Shown: in pieces, positions 31,286-39,770 of the stretch
Position numbering within the stretch: position 1 is the first letter of the stretch
How the letters are laid out: each line of letters opens with the position of its first letter
Assembly (NCBI GenBank): GCA_943842245.1
Contig: CALTAJ010000002.1
Coordinates: 271,596 to 335,595, forward strand
Length of the DNA: 64,000 nt
DNA from: an uncultured Flavobacteriaceae bacterium
GTDB lineage: Bacteria > Bacteroidota > Bacteroidia > Flavobacteriales > Flavobacteriaceae
Direction of reading: 5' to 3'
The notes under the pieces: model-generated
The model's database searches: none
The model's input: only the letters and a program-made list of their open reading frames with translations
Told to the model about the DNA's origin: nothing
Position numbers and translations under genes: made by a program

Positions 31286-31606
31286 CTAAACACCTTCAAA
31301 AATTGAAAGATTTCTCACCACAGTTTCATCAGGATTATCGCCAAGTTCAATCAAAGCATCTTGATATTCTTTGCTATTATAGCAATCCAAAGCTTCTTTT
31401 AAACTCTTGAATTCTACGACTGCTGCAAACATTAGGCTTGAACCTTGAATTTTACCTTTAGGTTGGCCCAAAAGAACAGGCAGATAGTTTCCTGTTTTTT
31501 CTTTTTTATGTTTTTCTTCAATTTCAGTGTATTTAGTCAAATAATTATTCCATAGTTCTTCATCTTTAATTTCAAAAACTTGACCAGTCCAATATCCTTT
31601 TTTCAT
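31286..31606 (-). CDS. DUF1330 domain protein
   Basis: 106 aa with MKKGYWTGQVFEIKDEELWNNY...VVEFKSLKEALDCYNSKEYQDAL, which matches the DUF1330 pattern. Confidence 0.7.
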   Translation of the reverse strand: MKKGYWTGQVFEIKDEELWNNYLTKYTEIEEKHKKEKTGNYLPVLLGQPKGKIQGSSLMFAAVVEFKSLKEALDCYNSKEYQDALIELGDNPDETVVRNLSIFEGV

Positions 31607-31647
31607 TTTGATTCATTAATGATTAATAATTAACTAATATAGAAAAT

Positions 31648-31950
31648 CTACAATATCTCTACTCCGTGTTTTTCTTCATATGCACGAACCTTATCTAACC
31701 TTTCTTTTTCATCTACTGTATTTAGAATTTGTACTTCACGAAACAACGGAGTGTCTTCCTTTCCTGTTTCATCTGAAACGCTCTTTAATTTAGGTAGGAG
31801 GTAATGTAAGCCTATCTGCAGCATCTTTATTTTTTGGTCAGTTGTCATCTCTGCAATATCTAATTGAGAAACTACGTCATCCATTACTGTTTGTAATTTA
31901 TCTTTTACCTCTGTGGTAAGTTTATTTGGTATTCCTGCTATTCTTCCCAT
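31648..31950 (-). CDS. Hypothetical element-associated protein (100 aa)
   Basis: It has a basic N-terminus (MGRIAGIPNKLTTEVKDKL). Truncated copies of its 3' end recur at about 29026-29157 and 29934-29960. Confidence 0.5.
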   Translation of the reverse strand: MGRIAGIPNKLTTEVKDKLQTVMDDVVSQLDIAEMTTDQKIKMLQIGLHYLLPKLKSVSDETGKEDTPLFREVQILNTVDEKERLDKVRAYEEKHGVEIL

Positions 31951-31968
31951 ATCTTTAAATAATTAATT

Positions 31969-32145
31969 ATGATAATATTAAAAAAAATACTCAAAGCAAT
32001 AGTCCTGCTATTGTTGGTACTAGGCTTTTTTATGACTTTTGTAGCCTCTACATTTCCTCCTGAATGGGGAGGATTAGGATGGCTAATGGGTAATGCACTA
32101 TATGTCTTACTTGCATCATTTATAATAATCAAAATGTATAAATAA
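31969..32145 (+). CDS. Small two-helix membrane protein (58 aa), unannotated in the ORF track
   Basis: My translation is MIILKKILKAIVLLLLVLGFFMTFVASTFPPEWGGLGWLMGNALYVLLASFIIIKMYK. The stop is 2 nt before the ATG of 32148..32348. Confidence 0.4.
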   Translation: MIILKKILKAIVLLLLVLGFFMTFVASTFPPEWGGLGWLMGNALYVLLASFIIIKMYK

Positions 32146-32147
32146 TT

Positions 32148-32348
32148 ATGATTGAAGTTCCTGTTTATCCCTCTGGCTACCCTTGCAAATGCAACGGCAA
32201 CTGTGATTACTCCAGAGCCTATGAAAGAGCAGGTAAGCCTCGCTTTATAGATTATGAAAGCTACGTAAAGAAAGGCTTTGTTCCTGCCACCAATAGAGAG
32301 AAATCAATTCTCGCATATCTAAAGACAACCTACTGTCTAAAGAAATAA
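32148..32348 (+). CDS. Small hypothetical protein (66 aa), four cysteines
   Basis: The ORF lies immediately downstream of the 58-aa membrane ORF. I recognise no family. Confidence 0.35.
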   Translation: MIEVPVYPSGYPCKCNGNCDYSRAYERAGKPRFIDYESYVKKGFVPATNREKSILAYLKTTYCLKK

Positions 32349-32613
32349 AAAGGTGTACTTTATTTTTTATTAATTGTAAGGATTCTGGATTTGTTTACAA
32401 ATCTGTTAGTCCTGTGGCTGTGCATTTTATAGCTGACCCTTACTGTTATTGTATCTGTTTTAATGCTGTTAGTATTTGTCATAGTTCTCGGTGTATTCTC
32501 GGTGTATTTACGTTAGATTTAGTCTTTTTCTCTGCATTTTAGTTTCGTTTTATGGATCATGCGTAGCATGACCATAAAAACAAAAAGCTACTAAGGGCGT
32601 TTCAGTTAGTGTT

Positions 32614-32760
32614 TCATAGTTGTTCTATATGTTGGGTTAGTTTGGTTCTGCAATAAGTTGAAACAGGCACTCTTAATTTAGCTGCCTCCTGCTCCAATAC
32701 TTTCATATCACTCAGATTTAATCTGATATTAATGTTTGATACTAATCTTGATTTTGACAT
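32614..32760 (-). CDS. Ribbon-helix-helix protein, MobC/CopG-like (48 aa), unannotated in the ORF track
   Basis: My translation is MSKSRLVSNINIRLNLSDMKVLEQEAAKLRVPVSTYCRTKLTQHIEQL. The pattern (beta-strand INIRL, then E..A..L.V..S.Y.R..L) is typical of relaxosome accessory proteins and RHH antitoxins. Confidence 0.5.
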   Translation of the reverse strand: MSKSRLVSNINIRLNLSDMKVLEQEAAKLRVPVSTYCRTKLTQHIEQL

Positions 32761-33000
32761 TATGTTCAATTTATTGTTACGCTATACTAATATAACGCTG
32801 ACAACGCCCTAATAACAAGCTGTTTGAGAGTGGTCAATATCTAACTGTGAGTATTAGTAACTTTTAGAATACGATTGTGCTACTTTCTATGTTATTCTAT
32901 GTTATTTAATCATAGAAATCTTGCTGTTATTGTGCTGTATTTACGTAAAAAGAATGTCGGTCTGGTAGAGGTATTTGGTTAAATTATTTCAAAGCCATAA

Positions 33001-35799
33001 CTTGAATTATCAAAAACCAATACTATCAAAAAACTACTTCTTTTAATTTTCATTGTTTCACTCTCAAGCTGTACTAAAGAGTTTGTGTTAGATACCAGTG
33101 TTAGTCCTGTTGGAGCGGAACTGTAATCCCATCTGAAGGGACTTATAAGGAAGGTAGTACCGTTACATTAAATGCTGCTCCAAATGGAGAATACTTATTT
33201 GATAGATGGTCTGGTGATGCTTAGGTACATCTAGTTCCTATTGATATTAAGTAGACGGTAATAAAAACGTTAGTTGCCAATTTTGTTTTAAGGAAATATG
33301 AATTACTATTAAGTGTTGTAGGTGAGGGTGAAGATAACAGAAACTATTGTTAATACCGGAAAGAGAACAGATTATGACTCTGGGACTTTGGTAAGATTGG
33401 AAGCTGTTCCCTGCATATGGTTATTATTTTAGCGGTTGGTCTTTTGATGCTTCAGGCGAAACAAATCCAATAGACATAAACATAGACAGACCTAAAAATG
33501 TAAGAGCAACCTTTAAGAAACTTTCTTATGAATTAAGAGTATTAAAACAAGGAGAAGGAACGGTTACAGAAGATATAATTAATACTTCAAAATCTACCGA
33601 CTACGAGTATGAAACTACTGTCAGATTAACAGCAATACCAGAGGAAGGTTCTGACTTTATTGAGTGGGAAGATTCAGGCGCAACAACCGAATTAAATCCA
33701 TTTGATATTATTGTTACTGAACCCAAAACAATAACAGCCGTTTTTGAATATGATTTATTTAACCTTGGTGTTGGTAAATGGAAAATTAAAAAACCTAAAC
33801 AAAGTCAAAAAAGTTTATTCTATGATGTTTATAGCATAATATTTAATAGAAACCGCTCCTTTAGGCTTAACTATTCTTCAGGGCAAATTAGTGGAACCTA
33901 TTCTGTAACGTCTAACTCCAACATCACCTTAAATAATTATGGTTCACTTTCTAATGTTCTGATAAACCAGGGACAGATAAGTTTCAACCTAAATATTACA
34001 GGCTTGTTCCAGTTTGATGTTGAAGGAGAGAGAGTTGAGAACTATCAACCAAATAAAACATTTATTCCAGACCAAAACTTTGAACAGGCTCTAATTGATG
34101 GCGGATATGACACAACTATTGATACTTATATTGATGATTCTAGTATGCTAGGAGTGACTCAATTAGATTTAAGTAATAGACAGATAACAGACTTTACAGG
34201 ATTAGAAGAATTTGTAAACCTTACAGACTTAAATTTAAGTGGAAACGCAGTAACATCTGTTCCACTTGTTAATCTCAATAAGTTAACGACTCTTAATTTA
34301 AGCAACACAGGGTTAACCGAATTAGACCTTTCACAAAACAGTAATATTACCTCATTAGATTTATCAGGGAATACTGGTTTAAGTTGTGTGAAAGTCAGTC
34401 AACAGATATACCAACAAGTTCCTTCAGGATGGATATATGACAGCACCACTAGCTTTGAATTAGAATGTGATTGTCCAACACTATCTCTTACCTCTGGAGC
34501 ACCTATACAGGAGCTATGTGATGGTGATGCGATGCAGTCTTTGGTCTATGACTTTGGAGGCACTGGCACTACTATAAATGTTGGCACAATGCCATCTGGA
34601 TTACAATCAAGTATTAGTAGTGGAACATTAACTATATCTGGGACACCCGTTTTCACAAACAATGATTATAGTTTTTCAGTATTCACAACAGATGGAAATG
34701 CAAATTGTAGTCAGGTGTCACAAACTGATTACTTTGAGTAAAAAAGACTCTCCTTTACTAACCCTAGATTTCAGGTTCTTATAATCAAACGATTACTTTG
34801 GGTAGATTCTATGCACCCCAATTGTTGTTTCATTATGGAGGTGCAACAACTAGTCTTACTATTACAGGTCCTGATCCACAATATATTTCTCAATCTGGAA
34901 ATACTAGTTACTATTGATACGGAGACTTTTGACTGAAAGCAGGAACAATTACAGCGGTACAATTACAACAATTAGTAGCGGAGGTTGTAACTGAAATAAC
35001 ACAAAGCATTGCAGTAACTGTTAATGCGCCTGTAGTTACTAATACTGGTGGAACTACTTCTGGTGGAACTACTACTGGCGGGAGCTACTACTAGTGGGAA
35101 TACTACTACAAGCAATATAGCTTTTGATGGGGGGATTTGTAAATGTGCAGGGACAACTGTTGGTTATACACAAGTGATTAATGGTACAACATACACTGTG
35201 GTAAATAACTCAACAATTGCAGGCCAGATTGCAAATGAAAATTATAATTTATGTACTACATTAGTTACTGATATGTCCGAACTTTTTAAAGATAAAGGCT
35301 CATTTAATACTGATATTTCGTTTTGGGATACATCTAATGTTATTAATATGTTTTCAATGTTTAAAAATGCAGATTCATTTAATAAAAACATAGGGAGTTG
35401 GGACACCTCAAGTGTTACCAACATCGAGAGAATGTTTGATGACGCAGAATCATTTGACCAAGACATAGGAAACTGGGATACATCTAGTGTAACTAATATG
35501 TAAGCGTTTTCTCTACGCGAACAATATTTAATCAAAATATAGGGAATTGGAATACCTCAAATGTGACCTCTATGAAATGGATGTTTAGCGGTGCAACAAG
35601 ATTTAACCAAGATATTAGTAATTGGGACACTTCAAATGTAACTGATATGCAAGGAATGTTTAAATCCTGTGTTTTTAATCAAGACTTATCTAGCTGGTGT
35701 GTTTCTAGAATCACAACTCAACCGATAAATTTTGGATTTTCTTGTCCGTTTTCACAAAATACTGGAAATATACCCATTTGGGGCGCGACCTGTGATTAA
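33001..35799 (+). pseudogene. Decayed surface lipoprotein gene: InlB-B-repeat-like domains + LRR + DUF285/BspA-type repeats
   Basis: A lipoprotein signal (KTNTIKKLLLLIFIVSLSSC) is present but has no start codon. There are in-frame TAG stops (RWSGDA*, DIK*) and several frameshifts joining fragments at about 33127, 33350 and 33415-34741, then 35048-35503 and 35563-35799. LRR units are LDLSNRQITDFTGLEEFVNLTDLNLSGN. DUF285 units are FNxxIxxWDTSxVTxMxxMF. Confidence 0.8.
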
Positions 35800-35944
35800 A
35801 TCATCGGCATCCTCTTTTTTTTAAACATCAAGAGACAGAGGGTTATACCTGTAGAGGCTCTTTCAAGAACAAAGAATTAAAAAAATCACCAACTCTCTGA
35901 CAGTCAAAATAACTTATTTTAATGTCGTGGAAAGGTGTTCCATT

Positions 35945-35978
35945 TTCTTAAACGCAGTGGGTTCTTAAACGCAGTAGG
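35945..35978 (+). repeat. Tandem 17-bp direct repeat (ttcttaaacgcagtggg / ttcttaaacgcagtagg)
   Basis: Two adjacent copies with one mismatch, in the noncoding DNA between the pseudogene and the xis-like gene. Confidence 0.85.
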
Positions 35979-36099
35979 TTACCTCTGACCTATCTAAAAG
36001 TTCCCTTAACAAAAGGGGGGGTATAATAACAGCATTAAGACCAACGCTGACAAGCGATTAACAGTAGTATAACTCAAAAAATTTATTAGTGTCCATTCG

Positions 36100-36121
36100 T
36101 GTAAAGTGTAAGAGGTTTACA
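36100..36121 (+). repeat. 22-nt hairpin motif copy 2 (tgtaaagtgtaagaggtttaca)
   Basis: It matches copy 1 at 21 of 22 positions and is inverted relative to copy 3. Confidence 0.8.
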
Positions 36122-36231
36122 GAGGTGTTGGTTACCTATCATATCACACTAACTTCCCTATTTCTGAAAGTGATTTTATTTAAAGCAGGGGGTTCAAGAG
36201 ATGGAAACTCCGCAACCATTTTTTTAGGTTT

Positions 36232-36651
36232 TTATTCCATATCCAATGGACTTCTACCAGTATAAATATTACTACGCCAGTACAATGAAAGCACAAATTG
36301 ATTTAAGCAATTTAAAGAAGGTTGATGATTCTTCGCAAAGCGAAGATCATAATCAGGGAGCAAGTTCCGTAAATCCTTTTTTAAGAATAGCTTCTTTGCT
36401 TTTGGATTGTCAGGATTGAGAGATTTGTAAGGGATTTCTGCCCTACCTACTATTTCTGAAAATGTTGACCTGCTTAAACCTAACCAATTAGCTGCTTCAG
36501 CCATTGTAAGCGGTTTAGATTCATCTTCTGTTCTCTCGTCAAGTAATTGATTAATTAGGTCTGAATTGTACTGCTTCAGCCTTGCTGCTACTTCTCCAGC
36601 CAGTTGTTCTGGAGTGTAGTTTATCATTATTGTATTTGATGGATTTTCCAT
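36232..36651 (-). CDS. Helix-turn-helix DNA-binding protein, excisionase-like
   Basis: 139 aa. The HTH LTMAEAANWLGLSRSTFSEIVGRAEIPYK followed by KLFLKKDL is typical of Bacteroidota element Xis/HTH_17 proteins. It lies next to the integrase. The C-terminal about 40 aa may be readthrough. Confidence 0.6.
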   Translation of the reverse strand: MENPSNTIMINYTPEQLAGEVAARLKQYNSDLINQLLDERTEDESKPLTMAEAANWLGLSRSTFSEIVGRAEIPYKSLNPDNPKAKKLFLKKDLRNLLPDYDLRFAKNHQPSLNCLNQFVLSLYWRSNIYTGRSPLDME

Positions 36652-37043
36652 ACTTATAAACTTTTAATTGTTAACTAAAAGAACAGTACGGCTAAGAAAA
36701 ATTTCCTTGAGTATATTTATTTATATACCTTTGAAGGAGATAAATGACCTACCACAGTTTTTTATCTTCTAAGGAGCAACTCTTAACCGATTGCTCTTTT
36801 TCTATTTTAAGACCTTACGTCTTGTTTCACAAATTTAGACCATCTACGTTGGTATTGAAAGGGCAACTTTTCCACAATAGGGGTAAGTATTCAACAAAAA
36901 CAAAAAAACTTGTACACTTTCGTAAAAAAATCATATTTTCTAACTATTTGATTAATAACACCTTATAAATCTAATCCTCTGCGAACCCCTATTCCACATA
37001 CAAACGTCAAATAATGACTAAACCTGAATCTATTGAGCCTGAC

Positions 37044-37065
37044 TGTAAACCTCTTACAGTTTACA
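37044..37065 (-). repeat. 22-nt hairpin motif copy 3 (inverted orientation)
   Basis: The plus strand reads tgtaaacctcttacagtttaca, the reverse complement of copy 1. Confidence 0.8.
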
Positions 37066-37107
37066 CTTTGGTTTAGTGGATCATGCGGAGCATGACCACA
37101 AACCCCA

Positions 37108-38367
37108 TTACAATTCTTTAGCGTCATTAATAGCTTTTTTGTTTTCATCCTTCATACTGTCCAGATAATTCTCTGTAGTCTTTAAACTTCTATGTCCTAA
37201 TGTCTCAGAAATTGCTTTTAAATTGACCCCTGCTCTATAAACATTTGTCGTATATGAATGTCTTGCCCATTGAAAAGACAGTTTCTCAGGTAACTCTAGA
37301 ATTTTAGCAAGATTTTTAATCTGCTTTGCTATAGATGATATCTTATTATCAACCTTTTTAGTTATGGTAGCACTATCATCATTATACTCTAGAATATTAA
37401 AGAGCATTTTACCTCTCCCCTTGTGTCTTTTAACTATGTCATTCATTTCATCATTAAACTCAATATCCAGACGTTTTTCTTCTTTAGAGGTATGTTCTGT
37501 CTTTGAGCGTACCCATTCTGTTTGACCTACTTTTAATTTAGCAATATCCTTTAGATTCATTCCGTTAGCGTAATAAGAAAACATAAAGTAATCTCTAGCC
37601 ATCTGGAGATAATAATTGTCAGAATTAAAATCTTTTATTTTCCTTAACTGTTCTTTTGTAAGAGCAGCATTCTTTGAGCCACCAGTTGGAATTTGGTACT
37701 TACCCCTACCAAATGGATAATGTTCCCCAAGAGAATTATTTTTTGAAATAGCATAATTAAAAACGGTACGGATATTTCGCAGGTCAATACTTACAGACGC
37801 CTTTACTACGCTCTTTAATCTGATTCGCTCATAGTCTTCAAGCCATTCTTTAGTAATTTCAGGAAACCTTAATTTTTTTCCATCACAATGTTTAAAAATA
37901 TTTCTTGCAGTCGTAGTATAATTTTTAGCTGTTTTGGAACTGCCTTTTGTCTTTAAAGCAAATATTTTATCATCAAAAGCATCTAAAACGTCATCCTTAA
38001 ATTTTTTCTTTGGAACATAGTTATGGAAAGCCTCTTTAATATCGGATAAGTCAGTCATTGCAGGGCTTACTATCAATTTATCAAGGATATCCTTCTTTGC
38101 CTTTAGAATTACTCTTAATTCCAATTTGCGACCATAAACAGTAGTTTCTCCAATTATCTCACCAAAGCTGTTCTTTTTATTCTTGTTTGCCCATATGTCC
38201 AGCCAGTCATCTTTAGAACAAGATACCTCTACCCCAGCAACTCTTTTAATAGTGAAATTGATAGTTCTCTTTTCGGCAGCATCGTACATATTTACTTTGA
38301 TTGAGAACAAACCACTTTTTAAGGGTTTTCTGATGTCGTTATAAAAGTTGTAAGTAAATCTTGACAT
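37108..38367 (-). CDS. int: Tyrosine-type site-specific integrase (Bacteroidota phage-integrase family with N-terminal arm-binding domain)
   Basis: 419 aa. The C-terminal catalytic region is WARHSYTTNVYRAGVNLKAISETLGHRSLKTTENYL (H-x-x-R and G-H...Y). It is adjacent to the right att repeat. Confidence 0.9.
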   Translation of the reverse strand: MSRFTYNFYNDIRKPLKSGLFSIKVNMYDAAEKRTINFTIKRVAGVEVSCSKDDWLDIWANKNKKNSFGEIIGETTVYGRKLELRVILKAKKDILDKLIVSPAMTDLSDIKEAFHNYVPKKKFKDDVLDAFDDKIFALKTKGSSKTAKNYTTTARNIFKHCDGKKLRFPEITKEWLEDYERIRLKSVVKASVSIDLRNIRTVFNYAISKNNSLGEHYPFGRGKYQIPTGGSKNAALTKEQLRKIKDFNSDNYYLQMARDYFMFSYYANGMNLKDIAKLKVGQTEWVRSKTEHTSKEEKRLDIEFNDEMNDIVKRHKGRGKMLFNILEYNDDSATITKKVDNKISSIAKQIKNLAKILELPEKLSFQWARHSYTTNVYRAGVNLKAISETLGHRSLKTTENYLDSMKDENKKAINDAKEL

Positions 38368-38527
38368 TTTTGCTTTGACCTATAAATCACAATCAAAATT
38401 ACAAAAATCACAAACAAATAAGCACAATTCTACACAAGAATCTGCTTACAAAATAAGTTTAATTACTATTTATAAGGGTTATACGAGTATATTAAAGCAA
38501 AGAGAATCACAATGATTTAAAAGGTAA

Positions 38528-38578
38528 TCTGCTTAGAAGGCAGATGCTCTATCCAGCTGAGCTACGCGACCATTTGTA
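38528..38578. repeat. attR-type direct repeat containing the displaced 5' part of tRNA-Arg (tRNA nt 1-44 at 38528-38571)
   Basis: Identical to 28822-28872. It lacks the tRNA 3' half. Confidence 0.85.
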
Positions 38579-38717
38579 ATGTTTGTAGTACTTTAAAAGG
38601 TAATTTTAATTTTTTTTATAACTCAGTACATTTTATTTGCATAAAATTTTGCATAAAAGTTAAAAACACATCTAATTTCACCCTTTCAAAGAACTGCGGC
38701 AAAAATAGATTATTTAC

Positions 38718-38739
38718 TGTAAACCGTAAAATGTTTACA
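38718..38739 (+). repeat. 22-nt hairpin motif copy 4 (diverged: tgtaaaccgtaaaatgtttaca)
   Basis: It occupies the same position relative to the displaced tRNA fragment as copy 1 does relative to the intact tRNA. Confidence 0.65.
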
Positions 38740-38826
38740 CTCTATTCTTGACTATTGTTTTTTGAATTTGGCTTGGTCTAAGTTTTCAATTATTAATTTA
38801 TTATGTCCTGGGAAGGGGTAGTTTAA

Positions 38827-39663
38827 TTATAAAACTTTAGAATTCAATATTAGTTTAATCCCCACAATTAGCAACAATACTGCGAATGCTTTTTTCAATG
38901 CTGCCGCTGGTAATTTATGTGTAAGTTTTGCACCGATACGTGCGGTGAAAAAGCTAGCTAAACTCACACAAATAAATGCATAAATGTGTACAAAGCCAAA
39001 TACACCATTAGGCAATGCATCTTTTACACTAGGATCAATAAATCGCCCAAAGATGAAAAATCCAAAAGCACCAGAAGCAGCGATTGGCAAGCCACAGGCA
39101 GCTGATGTACCCACTGCATTCTGAATTTTTAAACCATAATGATTCAATATCGGGACGGTTAATGTACCTCCGCCAATACCAAAAATAGCAGAAACAATAC
39201 CAATAAAACCACCCAAGCTAGTCTGTCCAATAGGCGATGGTAGTTTGCTAAAGTTGTTTTCTTCTAAAGATTTGTTTTTCGTAAACAATATTTTTAATCC
39301 TACCAAAAAGGCACCAATACCAATTATTGCCTGAAGTGAATTACCATGAATAACAGATGCAACACCAGCGCCAATCAGTGAACCGATTACCAATCCTGGT
39401 ACCATGCGTTTCCATACACTCCAATTAACAGCTCCCTTACTATGGTGTGTACGAAGTGAACTAATGGACGTAACAATAATGGTTGTAAGAGATGTGCCAA
39501 TACCAACATGAGTAAGCGCAGCTTCTGGGAGACCTTGTAATTTAAAAATGTAAATTAATACTGGTACAATTATCATACCCCCACCAATACCAAGCAAACC
39601 TGCAAGCAATCCAGATATAGCTCCTGCAGAGAGATAATATAGAATATATATATCCATATACAA
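38827..39663 (-). CDS. TSUP family (TauE/SafE-like) anion transporter
   Basis: 278 aa polytopic protein with duplicated glycine-rich halves (GLLGIGGGMIIVPVL and FGIGGGTLTVPIL). Confidence 0.85.
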   Translation of the reverse strand: MYMDIYILYYLSAGAISGLLAGLLGIGGGMIIVPVLIYIFKLQGLPEAALTHVGIGTSLTTIIVTSISSLRTHHSKGAVNWSVWKRMVPGLVIGSLIGAGVASVIHGNSLQAIIGIGAFLVGLKILFTKNKSLEENNFSKLPSPIGQTSLGGFIGIVSAIFGIGGGTLTVPILNHYGLKIQNAVGTSAACGLPIAASGAFGFFIFGRFIDPSVKDALPNGVFGFVHIYAFICVSLASFFTARIGAKLTHKLPAAALKKAFAVLLLIVGIKLILNSKVL

Positions 39664-39770
39664 ATTAAATTTTTGATAATTTTAATAGTTTTCAGATCTC
39701 CATTTGATGAAATATAACTATTAAATTAAGCGTCAAATATGAAAATCATTTTTGAATTAATACATTGAAA

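Larger units (their letters stand above)
28822..38578. mobile_element. Integrative genomic island (about 9.7 kb) in tRNA-Arg(TCT), including both 51-bp att direct repeats; probably a decayed integrative/mobilizable element
   Basis: A perfect 51-bp direct repeat lies at 28822-28872 and 38528-38578. A tyrosine integrase gene sits about 160 bp from the right repeat. There is also an excisionase-like HTH gene, an RHH MobC-like ORF, pseudogenised cargo and several internal repeat families. Confidence 0.8.

Noticed and set aside
31938-32132. Tracked 64-aa minus-strand ORF overlapping the start of the 100-aa gene.
   Set aside because: It has a proline/asparagine-rich, low-complexity translation. 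The plus-strand 58-aa two-helix ORF (31969..32145), coupled to 32148..32348, explains the interval better.
34771-35535. Minus-strand ORFs 34771..34962 and 35242..35535.
   Set aside because: They lie antisense to fragments of the decayed surface-protein gene, whose plus-strand frames carry clear LRR/DUF285 repeats.
29026-35816. The idea that the repeated junction modules are integron attC sites, with the cargo as gene cassettes.
   Set aside because: The integrase is a 419-aa Bacteroidota phage-type enzyme with an arm-binding N-domain, not an IntI. The repeats lack the R''-L''/L'-R' imperfect palindrome structure of attC, and part of each module is a truncated coding remnant.
36744-37148. ORFs 36744..36968 (+) and 36963..37148 (-) between the xis-like gene and the integrase.
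   Set aside because: They have no motifs and odd composition. They overlap the hairpin repeats and the 3' end of the integrase gene. The region is more likely noncoding and regulatory.
28866-38527. The island as a phage-defence island.
   Set aside because: I could find no nuclease, helicase/ATPase, methyltransferase, reverse transcriptase, TIR/SIR2, CRISPR or toxin-like domain in any frame. The cargo is small, of unknown function, or pseudogenised.
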